Source: Antedon mediterranea
Lineage: Eukaryota; Animalia; Echinodermata
Assembly: GCF_964355755.1 (NCBI RefSeq)
Contig: NC_092671.1
Coordinates: 21,080,001-21,144,000, forward strand
Length of the DNA: 64,000 nt
Reading direction: 5' to 3'
Below the pieces are notes generated by a model that saw only the letters and a list, made by a program, of their open reading frames with translations, was not told the DNA's origin and ran no database searches. The number at the start of each line of letters is the position of its first letter. Position 1 is the stretch's first letter. Positions 1-11,457 of the stretch are shown here, piece after piece. The position numbers and the translations under genes were made by a program.

Positions 1-468
1 CATTGCAGCAAATCTTCCACGTTATAAAAAAAACAAATGTATTAAATCGTCAATACAATGTTAGTAGCTAGCAAGCTGTGACTCTGCAAGGCGCCAAACT
101 TGTCTAGGCTAGTTTACTACTAACGCCAGCCCCAGTGTCGATGCACCGCTGCCATACACGGCCTGATGAACACCCATCAGTAGGTCTTACAGGCGATGAC
201 GGCGAAAATCTGAATAGGCCTAGCTAGGCCTAGGCCTGCTTGGTTTTTCGCTGTTGATATCGTAAACACCTCCAAAACCAGTTAAAATAAGCTTGACGTT
301 ATAATGCTGCTTTTCAATAGTGCAACATAGTTAATTCGAGTGACTAAATAGGTTAAAACGGCGTCTGAAATCAGTCAAATTGACTATGATGTGCACGCTG
401 CTACTATATCGCACACACTTCCTGGTATGACATCATTGTGCCTACCAAAATACTGCGTTGCTAGGAGT

Positions 469-797
469 GGAGCTGTGGCTTGGTGGGGAGTGGAGCTGTG
501 GCTTGGTGGTTATGATGCTTGGCTACCAATCTAAGGGTCCTGGGTTCAAGTCCTGTCACATGTCAGGGTTTTTTTCTCATGACAATTTACAACTCCACTC
601 CCAAAGACTTAATAATAAGTCTTTGTTTATGTAGAGCATCTTGTGTATATGTTTGTCTTATATGTTCTAGTGCAGTATATGGAGAGCCATCTCGATAGTG
701 CTTTGCACTCATGGCAATCCTCAGGGTGCTGCACCGCTGTATTGTCATGTATTGTTGTACCTGAAAATTGAATAAAATAAAATAAAATAAAAATAAA
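469..797 (+). mobile_element. tRNA-derived SINE with (TAAAA)n tail
   Basis: tRNA-like head GGAGCTGTGGCTTGGTGGTT (A box; head duplicated at 464-509), B box GGTTCAAGTCC at ~543-553, body ending in AATAAAATAAAATAAAATAAAAATAAA. Confidence 0.75.
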
Positions 798-1098
798 TAC
801 GGAGTGAGTTTTCAGCGCGTATCAAAAAGAATTTTATTGCAAACTTCAAACGCGATTTTCTCGTAAACTAATTGAATGATTTGTAAGTTTTTAAAATGTA
901 ATAACTTTTTAAATATTTACTCAATTTTTATGAAATAAACACCACTACAAATAATCTTAATATATAAAACAATACAAAATGTCTATTTCCGACAAAAGTA
1001 GGGTTTTGCCAGATCGGTTCACATATATGTAAGCTGAAAAATGAAAGCAATACTGCTTACTGGATATGCAACTTTAAACAAAAATAAAAGAATAATAA

Positions 1099-2093
1099 TT
1101 AGTTATCCGCATTCAGCGGATAACTCCTTGTAACTGTCCTGTTTCATCTTTTTTTGGTTATCTGCACTATGGCGGATAACTCCTTGTTATTGTATTATTA
1201 GTGAATCACATTTAGTAGAGCGCATCTCCAATTATCCGTTTTCCATTTTCACCCAGATTTTGATATTGTCTAGGTAAATCAACTATCTTTCGCACGAGTT
1301 AAAAATATTTTAATTTTTATGACGTCATCATGCCTAAAAATTTAAATTACGTGGGTCATTAATTTCATCTTTACAGTAAATTTTAATCTGTTATAGCTCG
1401 TAAGAATAAAATGTGATAATCACGATTAAAACATTTTATGGAAGCTATTGGATTGTAAATACGAAATCATGTGAACATTTTGCCAATTGAATGTTGTGAC
1501 GTCATCATATGGCTAGTTAAATAAAAAAAGTATTTTTCCATATTTTGCGTCATCATTCATTACATTTAAAAGAGCGCGCATCAATATTTCACGTATTCAA
1601 ATTTCTTCTACACGTTAATATGTTGTTACGGAGTTAATTTCCTCCCGAAATTGCTATCTTAGTGTTTCGTTTTGATACCGTACAGGGAAAAATTTCATTT
1701 TAAAATTTTGTTTAGCAATATTGCGAATCAAACTGATTTTTTAGTCGAGAATCATACCGTAGTTTTCTATCGTATTTTTTGCTACACAATTGTAGAAATG
1801 TGTAGCAAGAAGGTTGTTTTGTATAGCTTTTTGCTATGCTACACTGGCGAAATTATTCCCTGCCGTAACCATGTTAAAAATTTGAATAAATTGGGGGTTC
1901 CGTAATTTCACCTATTCTACACTGTATACTATATGACACAAAATAGACAGAATTCAGCACTAACAACGTATGATATTCTTCAGTTCAGGTCATAATGCCA
2001 TAATCTTTATCTGTGTGCAATATTCCAACGTATGACGTGCACGTGGCGTTTGTCGTGCGGATAACTAACTCGTCAAAGTGACAAGTTTCGTAG
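1099..2093 (+). mobile_element. Non-autonomous Helentron-type element (HINE/DINE-1-like), family A
   Basis: 5' head TAGTTATCCGCATTCAGCGGATAACTCC (palindromic subTIR); 3' subTIR TGCGGATAACTA followed by hairpin ACTCGTCAAAGTGACAAGT and TAGT; interior homologous to 11458-13182. Confidence 0.75.
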
Positions 2094-2249
2094 TTAGTTA
2101 TCCGCTTAGTAGCGGATAACTCCTTGTAACTGTCCTGTTTCATCATCTTTTTAGTTTTCCGCACATGGCATTAATTGGCGTAGCATACAGTATATTTTTT
2201 TGTAATCATGTTGAATTTAAATGAAATTAATAGAACGATTATTAAGGTC

Positions 2250-3470
2250 AATGGATGTTTGATTCTTGGATTATTGGTATTAATGCTACCCCCTACCCCA
2301 AAAATGATTAAAAAACACGAATGCTACACAACGACACCAAGATCATACTAATTAGATGTTTGATTCTTGGGTTATTGCTATTAATGTTACACCCTACCCC
2401 AAAAAATGTATTTTTATTGCAATTTTTAAGAATTAAAAATGATAATTTGTGTATAATGAACTGCAATTTTAATCTTGTTAACATATATTTTCTTATTCAA
2501 TATGTCAGTAAGCACAAGTAAAACACAATTAAGATAAAACATATTGGAAATTATAGATACTATGTTGAAATTTATCTATATTTTGGCAAAAATGTCTATT
2601 TTTGTAAAAGGTCAATGACCTTTTGACCTATACTGACCCTACTAATAGTCCGATTAATTTTATTTAAATTTTATAAGATTTTAAAAGATGTACACTATGC
2701 TACACAATGGTACCAAGATAATACTAATTAGGTGTTGGATTCTTGGGTTATTGGGATAATTGTTACCCCCTACCCCAAAAATGTCTTTTTATTGTAATTT
2801 TGAAGAATAACAAAATTACATGACAATTGGTATTAATGCAGTGCAATTTTTTTCATGTTAACACATATTTTGTTATTCAATATGTCACTAAACACAAGTA
2901 AAACACAATTAAAATAAAAAATATTGAAAATTGGAGATTTGATATTGAAATGTATCTCATTATGGCAAATATTTGCAATTTTGCAAAAGGTCAGTGACCT
3001 TTTGACCTCTACTGGCCTTAAATATGGTTCGATTAATTTTATTCAAATTTTATATGATTAAAAAACATGAATGCTACACAACGACACCAAGATCATACTA
3101 ATTAGATGTTTGATTCTTGGGTTATTGCTATTGTTGTTACCCCCTACCCCAAAAAATGTATTTTTATTGCAATTTTTAACAATAAAAAATAACAATTTGT
3201 ATATAATGAACTGCAATTTTTATCTTGTTAACATATATTTTCTTATTCAATATGTCAGTAAGCACAAGTAAAACACAATTAAGATAAAAAATATTGAAAA
3301 TTGTAGATACGATATTGAAATTTATCTATATTTTGGGAAAAATTAGCATTTTGCAAAAGGTCAATGACCTTTTGACCTCTACTGACCTTAATAATCTTCC
3401 GATTAATTTTATTTAAATTTTAAAAGATTTTAAAAGATGTATGCTACACAATGTTACTAAGATAATACTA
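2250..3470. repeat. Tandem repeat, ~375-bp subunits forming a 750-bp higher-order unit
   Basis: Near-identical 66-aa ORFs at 2321 and 3071 (750 bp apart); ATGCTACACAA...GATTCTTGGGTTATT...CCCTACCCCAAAAA recurs at ~2321, 2697, 3071 and 3441 and resumes at 4378. Confidence 0.9.
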
Positions 3471-4377
3471 ACTAGACATGAAACTCGTCACATTGACGAG
3501 TTAGTTAGTTAGAGAGGCGCTCTATTAAATGAGATGCGCTATGACGAAAGATACAAAAATCCTATATTTTATATTCGCGTGGCCATACGATGACGTCACA
3601 ATGTCCGGTTTGCCATATCAATGCATAATTCCTTATCTACAACTTATCATCTTCCTGGATATGTAATTTAAACAAAGTTCACCTCGTAGTTTAGAATCTA
3701 TGATTGTTTAAAAAAAGGTATAATTTTGACAAATTTTTGAACTTTTTTCTCAAAAACGCACATAAATTATCCAATTCGACGTGCCCGTATGACGTAATTT
3801 GAAGTCGAAATTGTTTCAAAGTTGGTAAAATTACTATAAAAGGCTTGAAAACATAAATCACGAGAGAAAAATTGTTTTCAACGCTACGTTCGCACCGCGC
3901 GCGTAAAAAAAAGCGCGCGCGTGGGAATTTTTTACATGCTTAAAATGACATGAAACGCGTAGAAAGTTGATTAGAAATTGATTTTTCGCAATTTGAAATT
4001 TTAAACGGGCGTGCGCGCGTAACTTCGTGTGAAACATGCCATTTTTTCCCCATAGTCAGTTAGCGCAAGATATAACTTAAACTTTTTTTCAGTTTCAATT
4101 TAAATTGTTATATGGTTTTCGATCTATGTTAAATACGCGAAATTCGGAAAAACGCGCGTAATTCATGTTGCGCAATTCTGACGTCATTCAAAAATAGGAG
4201 GTGCACAATTTCACGTAAATACCCACATGTTGACAAAGTTATGAAATGTTATGTTTACACGTTTTTGAGTTACGCGAGACACAAAAATGACAGAAAGAAA
4301 GAAGAATACAGAAAAAAAAAAAAAAGATGATGAAACAGGACAGTTACAAGGAGTTATCCGCTCAATGCGGATAACTA
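3471..4377 (-). mobile_element. Helentron-type family-A copy inserted without TSD
   Basis: Reverse-complement 3' end ACTAGACATGAAACTCGTCACATTGACGAGTT at 3471 and reverse-complement head ...GAGTTATCCGCTCAATGCGGATAACTA ending at 4377; flanks rejoin as GATAATACTA|ATTAG, as in neighbouring repeat units. Confidence 0.85.
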
Positions 4378-6868
4378 ATTAGATGTTGGATTCTTGGGTT
4401 ATTAGGATAAATGTTACCCCCCTACCCCAAAAAATATTTGAAGATAAAACACTGATGATCATTACAAATGACGCAAGTACATACAATGCATCCCTATATT
4501 TTTCTTGTTAACATCGATTTTTTCAGTCTATATGTCCGTGGGAAGAAAATGATACCAAAGAAGTTTAACTGTGGGGGGGGGGGGGGTGTGCACGGTAACC
4601 CCCCTCCAGCCCATGGACTAATTATCTTCTAAAATTATTATCTTTATTTGTCAATTTGATGATGTCATCGTGTTGATAATTGGATTTAAAAGATGGTCTC
4701 GTAATTTCGTCTATGCTACACTGTATATAACAAATACAGTTTCTTCTGTAAATACTGTAATATGCTGTAAGCTACATAATAGGTACAATTCAGCACTGTA
4801 AACATATTTAAATCATGTCATAGGATGGCATAATAATTGTCGGCGTTCATATATAAACGTATGTGCATGTTGCGTTTGCGCGGATAACCCGAACTCGTCA
4901 AAGTGACGAGTTCAAATCTAGTTAGTTATCCGCATTCAGCGGATAACTCCTTGTAACTGTCCTGTTTCATCATCTTTTTTTTCTGTATTCTTCTTTCTTT
5001 CTGTCATATTCTACGTATTCAAATTTCTTCTACACGTTAATATATGGTTGCTGAGATAATGTCCTTCCGAAATTGCTATCTTAGTGTTTCATTTTGATAC
5101 AGTCGCCATGTTAAAAATAAGAATCTCGTAATGTCACCTATTCTACACTGTATGTAACATGTATACAGATTATACCGTTTGCACTGTATATACTATATGA
5201 CACAAAATTGACAGAATTCAGCACTAACAGCATATGATATTCTTCAGTTCAGGTCATAATGCCATAATCTTTTTCCGTGTGCAAAATTCCAACGTATGAC
5301 GTGCGTGTGGCGTTTGTCGTGCGGATAAGTCATCGTATGGCCACACGAATGTAAAATATAGGATTTTTGTCTCTTTCGTTATTGCTCATCACATTCAATG
5401 GAGCGCAACACGCTTATCTGTATTCCTTTTTCTCCTACATTTTAATTTTTTCTAGGTCAATCAACTTTCTTTCGCATGAGATAAAAATATTTTTATTTTT
5501 ATGACGTCATCATGCCTAAAAATTTTAATTACGTGGGTCATTAATTTCATCTTTACAGTAAATTTTAATCTGTAATAGCTTGTAAGAATAAAATGTGATA
5601 ATCACGTTTAAAACAGTTTTCTGGAAGCTATTGGGTTGTAGATACGAAATCATGTGAACTTTTCGCCAATCAGATGTTGTGATGTCATCATATGACAAGT
5701 TTAATTAAAAAGGTCAAATTTTCATCGTCTGCGTCAGAGTTCATCACATTTAAATGTGCGCGCACCAACATTTTACGTATTCAAATTTCTTCTACACGTT
5801 AATATGTTGTTACTGAGATAATTTTCTTCAGAAATTGCTATCTTTTGTGTTTTATTTTGATGACGTCATCATGTTAAATATTTGAATTAAAGGCATGTCC
5901 CGTAATTTAGTTAATATGTCATATAATATACAGTAGTACAATGTACACCAGCATAGCCTCTGATGTGAGCAAATTGTTGTTTGCCGCCCTCTGTATCATG
6001 TAGAATTAATGTTTCCTTGTAATTGTATACACAGTATCTATATATAAATTATGGTTAATTCTGACATAGGCGAGCACAATGCAAAAACTTCGGTACAAAT
6101 CTCTGCCTTGGATACCTACCTTATCTATCTGAGATGTACCGCGAAACGTAGATTTGATAACATTAGTGTTCACAGCGACGCTATTGTTCCATATTTCTAT
6201 CTTAGGAAGATATTATAAAGAGTTTTTTAACACAATTTATGATTTCAACATTAGATTTTCATCTCAATTTCAATTCTTCCCAGTCAAAGTAATTTCCGGG
6301 TTTAACATAAGTTCACCTTGCAACAAATATTTTCTCTCTTTTATATACACAAGGGAGCAGTTAAAATAATAGATTTGACCCTAAAGGTGACTGGAAACAG
6401 GCACTTTCCATCAATCAATACAGTGTCCCTTTGGAAGACGAAAAAAAAATCAGATATAGTAGGACTGGAGCTTAAGTTGGCCATTAATCATAGCCATTTC
6501 AGTTTTTTGTTTATTTTAAAACATAACGCGCGTGTGTGAAGGTACAGTAGTTAAATAATAGGAATTATACTGCAAATTAATAAAGATCAAATTAAATATA
6601 CGCCATAAAGAATCAGAATATATTGTGGGGAATAGTATTATAAAATTACATAGGGAGATTTGATGATAAGACATTTTTCGAGTGAAATCCCGAACACAGG
6701 AAGATAGCCTACAGTTATTCCTGCAGCTTACTCAATAAAACTCAGCTATCTTCCTGTGTCCCGTTAGGACCGAGATGTCTGCCCATGTTGCAAGCCGTAC
6801 CATAATGTCTTCTTTCTTGGGCCCACTCTGTCACGGCAGTTAGTTTCAAAAGATGATTAAATTAAATA

Positions 6869-9800
6869 CAGGGTTCGTACGCGTCCTTAAATTCCTTGAA
6901 AGTCATGGAAAAATAAATCTCTTTTTTCAAGTACTGGAAAGTCCTTGAAATTGGCATTTGTCCTTGAATGTCCTGAAAATTGTTAAAATACAATAAAGTT
7001 ATATGAATTCTTTTTAATAAAGTTTTGAAAACACTGAACAATAAAAGTATTAAGTATGAAAGTACATGGAAGATAACAACGTTTGTACGTGCCGACTTTT
7101 CCGCCGCCGATAAATGCTCGTACATGAAATAGGCTTTCTTATCAGGTTGGTTGTTGACTGCAGAACGCCACTGGCCAGTGATGTTCAGATGACAATCACC
7201 TTGAAAAAACTTTGCCCAACTATTCTTTTGTTTCCCCACAGTACATTATTGCATAATAGCTATTACTATTGAAATAAATACTTGGCCCTTTTTGTGTTCC
7301 GATTTTGTTTAAACATTAATTTAACGAATGTAATATTGCAAACATGCATAGCATTACACTTTAATTAGTGACTATACTCGCATTCTATTTATAGCCTCTG
7401 ATAAGCTATAAATAGAATGCGAGTATAGTGACCTCTCTCAGCGAGGCTCTCTCACACCGCAAGCGCGTATATTAGCGGTCTCTATATGGCTGCCGATGAG
7501 TTTTTTATCGTGCGTTTCTCGTCAGTGGAAATCTATCCAACATGCCTGGCTTTTTGATAGCAAATTTTCCCCGTGGATTAACCGTGCGTCAATAAAAACG
7601 GAGGCAAAGTGTAAACTATGTAGAAAAACATTAGATACCTCCAACATGGGACGGTCGGCGTTAATATCTCATCAAAACGGAAAAAAGCATAAACAACAAA
7701 TGGAGTTGAGGTTTAACAATACGACGCAAGAAGTTAATCAATTTTTTAGTAAGTCCAACCCAACAACATCCACCAGTAAATCTAATAGTACCATCACCAG
7801 TATTATTGAACAACAAGACATACCAGGAACTAGTGTTGATAATAGTATACCGAAACGTACGAACCCAAGTGGCCCGGCGACGATGCAGTATTTCAGTAGT
7901 AGTGAGGAGATTCGTAAAGCAGAAATATTGTGGGCCTTATTCATGACTAACCGGCACTATTCGAACAAGTCGATGGATGAAATAAATGAAGTATTCCAGG
8001 CGATGTTTCCAGATAGTGGAATAGCTGCAAAATTTAGTTGTGGTGAAAAAAAGTCTGCTTATGTTGTTAATTATGGGTTAGCGCCATATTTTAGGTAAGT
8101 TTTGTTTGATATCGATTGATATAGGCCTACAATTTAGATTAGATAAATAATTGTAATAGGCATTTCTGTATTGAGTAATAGCCTGGTGAGTATGAAAAAC
8201 AAATGTTTTTAGTCTAAGTTTTGTTCATTTTAGGTCATTACTTCTGAAACGTGTTACGGATGAGTCAGATTACGTTCTACTATTTGATGAAAGTCTAAAC
8301 AAAGGTACACACACAACTAAAGCAAATGGATATCCATGTCCGATTTTGGGCTAACAACCACGTGGAAACTAGATTCTTTGATAGTACATTCATGGGTCAT
8401 GCTACTGCTGAGAAAGTCGTCACCGATTTTAAGATATGTGCAGACAAACTAAATCTCCCAAAATTACTTCAAATCGGTATGGAGGGTCCAAACGTCAATT
8501 GGAAGTTTTATAAACTTCTCTCTGCCGATATAAAGACGAATTACAATACATCAGTTCTCAACATTGGGTCGTGTGGCCTTCATGTAATGCACAATGGGTT
8601 TCAAAGTGGTGTGCAGTCAATTGATTGGAAGGTCTACGACATACTGTCTAGTTTACAAATACTGTTCAAAGACACCCCTGCTCGTCGGGAAGATTTTGAG
8701 AACGCTACTGGCACACATGTGTTTGGCCTTAAGTTTTGTAAACACAGATGGGTGGAGAATGCTGCAGTTGCGAAGCGGTTTCTCAGTGTTTTTCCGCACC
8801 TTAAAACGTACATCAAGCAGGTGACCGAAAAGAAAATAAATGACCCAAAAACAAAGTCGTATGACACTCTGAAGGCTGCTTCAGTAGACTTATTTACGGT
8901 GCCCAGAATGCACTTTTTTGTGATGGTGGCCACACAAATGGAAACGTTTCTTAAAAAATATCAAACAGATCAACCAATGATACCGTTTCTTGAGAAAGAT
9001 CTAGTGGCATGTTTGAGAGGGCTATTGAGATTGGTCATTAAACCAGACGTCCTTTCCGGGCTCGTGAATGGCCAAAGTTTCACTAACTTTAATATAGATG
9101 AAACGAAAAACCATTTACTTGCTAACAAAGTAGACTGTGGAATATTAGCTTCAGAGCATATAAAGGAGTTGATCAAGAAAAAGAAGGTGTCCGAGTTACA
9201 AGAACTCAGGTTTAAAAATGAGTGCAAGACCATGGTTCTTACAATTGTTAAGAAAGTGCTATCTAAATGCCCACTTGGTTTCAGAATCGTTCAAAAAGCG
9301 AAATTTCTCGATCCAAGAAATTTTTGTTTAAGTGGTAATGCGCGATCTCTTAATGTTGGTAGACTAAAGGCTGTATTAAAAATATTAGCAAACAACCAAA
9401 AAATCAACCATGACATGTGTGATGAAATTGTTAATCAGGCAAACGAATTCTATGATTTTGTTGTGTTAAATAATTTATCAGATTTCACTGAATACGATCC
9501 TAAATGTAGAATTGACGAATTTTACTATGACCGCCTTAGCAAAACCACTAAGTATCACGCATTCTGGGGGGTAGTAAAATTGATTCTAATGCTTTCCCAT
9601 GGCCAGGCGACTGTTGAGAGAGGTTTTAGTGTAAACAAGGAGGTAGCGGCTGTCAATATGTCAGAGAGTACATATGTTTCGAAGCGCGTTGTATGCGGTC
9701 ACATAGCTTCAGTTGGTGGTGTTTTGTCTGTAAAGATAACGCCCCAATTAATTACTTCTGTGAGTGGGGCTAGGCAACGCTATAATCTCCATCTTGATAA

Positions 9801-10694
9801 TGAAAAACGTAAAGCGGCAGAATCTTCAAAGGCTATTAAGAGAAAATCGACGATCGATGAGTTAGATAACTTAAAAAAAGCCAAAAAAAGATGTATTGCT
9901 GATATTATGGGTTTAGAAAAATCGTCTGCAAAGTTTTCCGATCAAGCTGAAAGTAAAGGTAGTCTTACCCTCATTGCCAAAGCTAATAGCTTGCGTAGAA
10001 CCGCTTCTGAAAAAAAAGAGCAATTAGCTCAACTAGAGGAAGACATTAGACATAAATTAGAGGAAATCAAAAATAGCTAGGCTATTGTGTAGATTAAATT
10101 AGCAGAAATTGCTAAGTTGTAAAAAATAAACAATGTAAAAATCTCATGTGTTTAAGATCGTTTTGAATAAAGTTCAGAGTGAATTAGAATATGGTTTGAT
10201 TTCTTTTATTTATACCTTCTAAAAAAAACATACGATATACAGAAACGGCATTTAAACTCCGAATTCCGAACGAATTGTAGAACGTCATCCTATAGTAGTA
10301 TCAAATTACCAAATATCGTCGACAGTGCAGTGACTATGGAAACATCAGCCTTTGTTCAATACACGCCGTGACTACCCTCGATAGGCGCGGAAGTCTGGCG
10401 CGGTTCCACAAAGGCTTTACCAGGGAGTTGTTACAACTCTTTACGCTTTACTACCGTTACGTGTCATTTTACTCGATTTCCCACGCCTATGTTTTCAGTA
10501 CTGTATGTTTTTTTAGTGGCTACAGTTAGTACTTGAATATCTGAAAAACATCGTAACTACGAATTCATTTTTTTTTATTAATCTGTTGAACTTAATATTT
10601 AGGTATAATAATGTCCTTGAAATTTTAAAATGTTGACATTGAATGTCCTTGAAATGTCCTGGAATTTTACTAGCTCACAGGTGTACGAATCCTG
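6869..10694 (+). mobile_element. hAT-superfamily DNA transposon, near full length, 6-bp TSD
   Basis: TIRs CAGGGTTCGTAC / GTACGAATCCTG (11/12 match), subterminal TCCTTGAA repeats at both ends, TAAATA on both flanks, internal transposase gene. Confidence 0.85.
7496..10080 (+). pseudogene. hAT-type DDE transposase, 2 exons (to 8094; 8234-10080), frameshifted near 8305-8315
   Basis: BED-like finger CKLC...H...H; GT-AG intron 8095-8233; spliced reading ...YFRSLLLKRVTDESDYVLLFDESLNK; motifs GMEGPNVN, CGLHVMH and LSHGQATVERGFS. An extra 4 bp in an (AC)n run breaks the frame before KQMDIHVRFW. Confidence 0.85.
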
Positions 10695-11457
10695 TAAATA
10701 ATGTATTAATAATTATTAGGATGGTATTCATTTGAATAAACGCCTCTCCAATAAAACATCACTTTGGATAATAAACCCCCCCCCCCCACCCAACTATCTA
10801 ATAAACGTCCATCCACATATTTATAACAACACAATTATACGGTACTATTTGTAGTAGAATTCACCGCACTGTTATCTACAATTTACCAAGCATTTGTTAT
10901 TCTTTTTTAGCACTTTTCATATCTATTAGAGGATTTCATTTGATTATAAATGTTACCATATTATTAAAACTACAAAATTTAACATATATCCCTCGAATAA
11001 GCACCTCCCTCAAATGACCTCCACCTCCCCAAAGGGCCCTACCAAACAATAAAAACTGTACTTTAAAATGTTATTTTATCATCTAAAACACTGTGAAACA
11101 AAGTAGTTTAGTTTTACGAATGTCAAGCATTTTCAATAATGGTAACCGACAGAAAACGTATAAGGAGAACATTATCATTCCGAAAACCATCGTCTACACT
11201 TCCTAGAGGGGGAGCGAGCGAAGCGAGCTCACCCTCTAGTACACTGTATAATTATAATACATTTTAGCATAGGCGAAAATACAGGACCACCTCTTATTAT
11301 AGTTTTTAACATAGCGATAACGTATGACGTGCACGTGGCGTCTGTCGTGCGGATAACTAACTCGTCAAAGTGACGAGTTTCATGTCTAGTTAGTTAATCC
11401 GCACTTGGCGGATAACTCCTTTTTATTGTATGGGATCAATATTTTTTTCTGTACTAT

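Larger units (their letters stand above)
2095..4922 (+). mobile_element. Helentron-type non-autonomous element carrying an internal tandem repeat and a nested minus-strand copy
   Basis: Family-A head at 2095 directly abuts the previous 3' end; 3' end GCGCGGATAACCCGAACTCGTCAAAGTGACGAGTTCAAATCTAGT at ~4878-4922. Confidence 0.7.
6037..11239 (+). mobile_element. Non-autonomous Helitron (5'-TC...CTAG-3') containing a nested hAT element
   Basis: A|TCTATATATAAATT 5' end shared with 13650 and 25609; 3' hairpin CTAGAGGGGGAGC-GAGCGAAGCGA-GCTCACCCTCTAG|T; A^T target, no TSD. Confidence 0.75.
4923..11390 (+). mobile_element. Chimeric Helentron-type family-A copy interrupted by the Helitron at 6037-11239
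   Basis: Head at 4923, family-A interior to ~5905, 3' end GTGCGGATAACTAACTCGTCAAAGTGACGAGTTTCATGTCTAGT ending at 11390. That both ends belong to one copy is inferred. Confidence 0.6.

Noticed and set aside
163-190. Other CTGATGA occurrences (163, 22072, 34889, 54841, 62324)
   Set aside because: No stem II followed by GAAA, so not hammerheads.
1-1026. Possible DNA-transposon right end (…GCCAGATCGGTTCACATAT) hosting the SINE
   Set aside because: The partner end is outside the window, so neither TIR nor TSD can be verified.
2321-3271. Duplicated 66-aa ORF
   Set aside because: Chance ORF within the 750-bp tandem repeat.
7738-9233. Antisense and alternate-frame ORFs over the transposase (and likewise over the LINE ORFs)
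   Set aside because: Shadow ORFs of real coding sequence.
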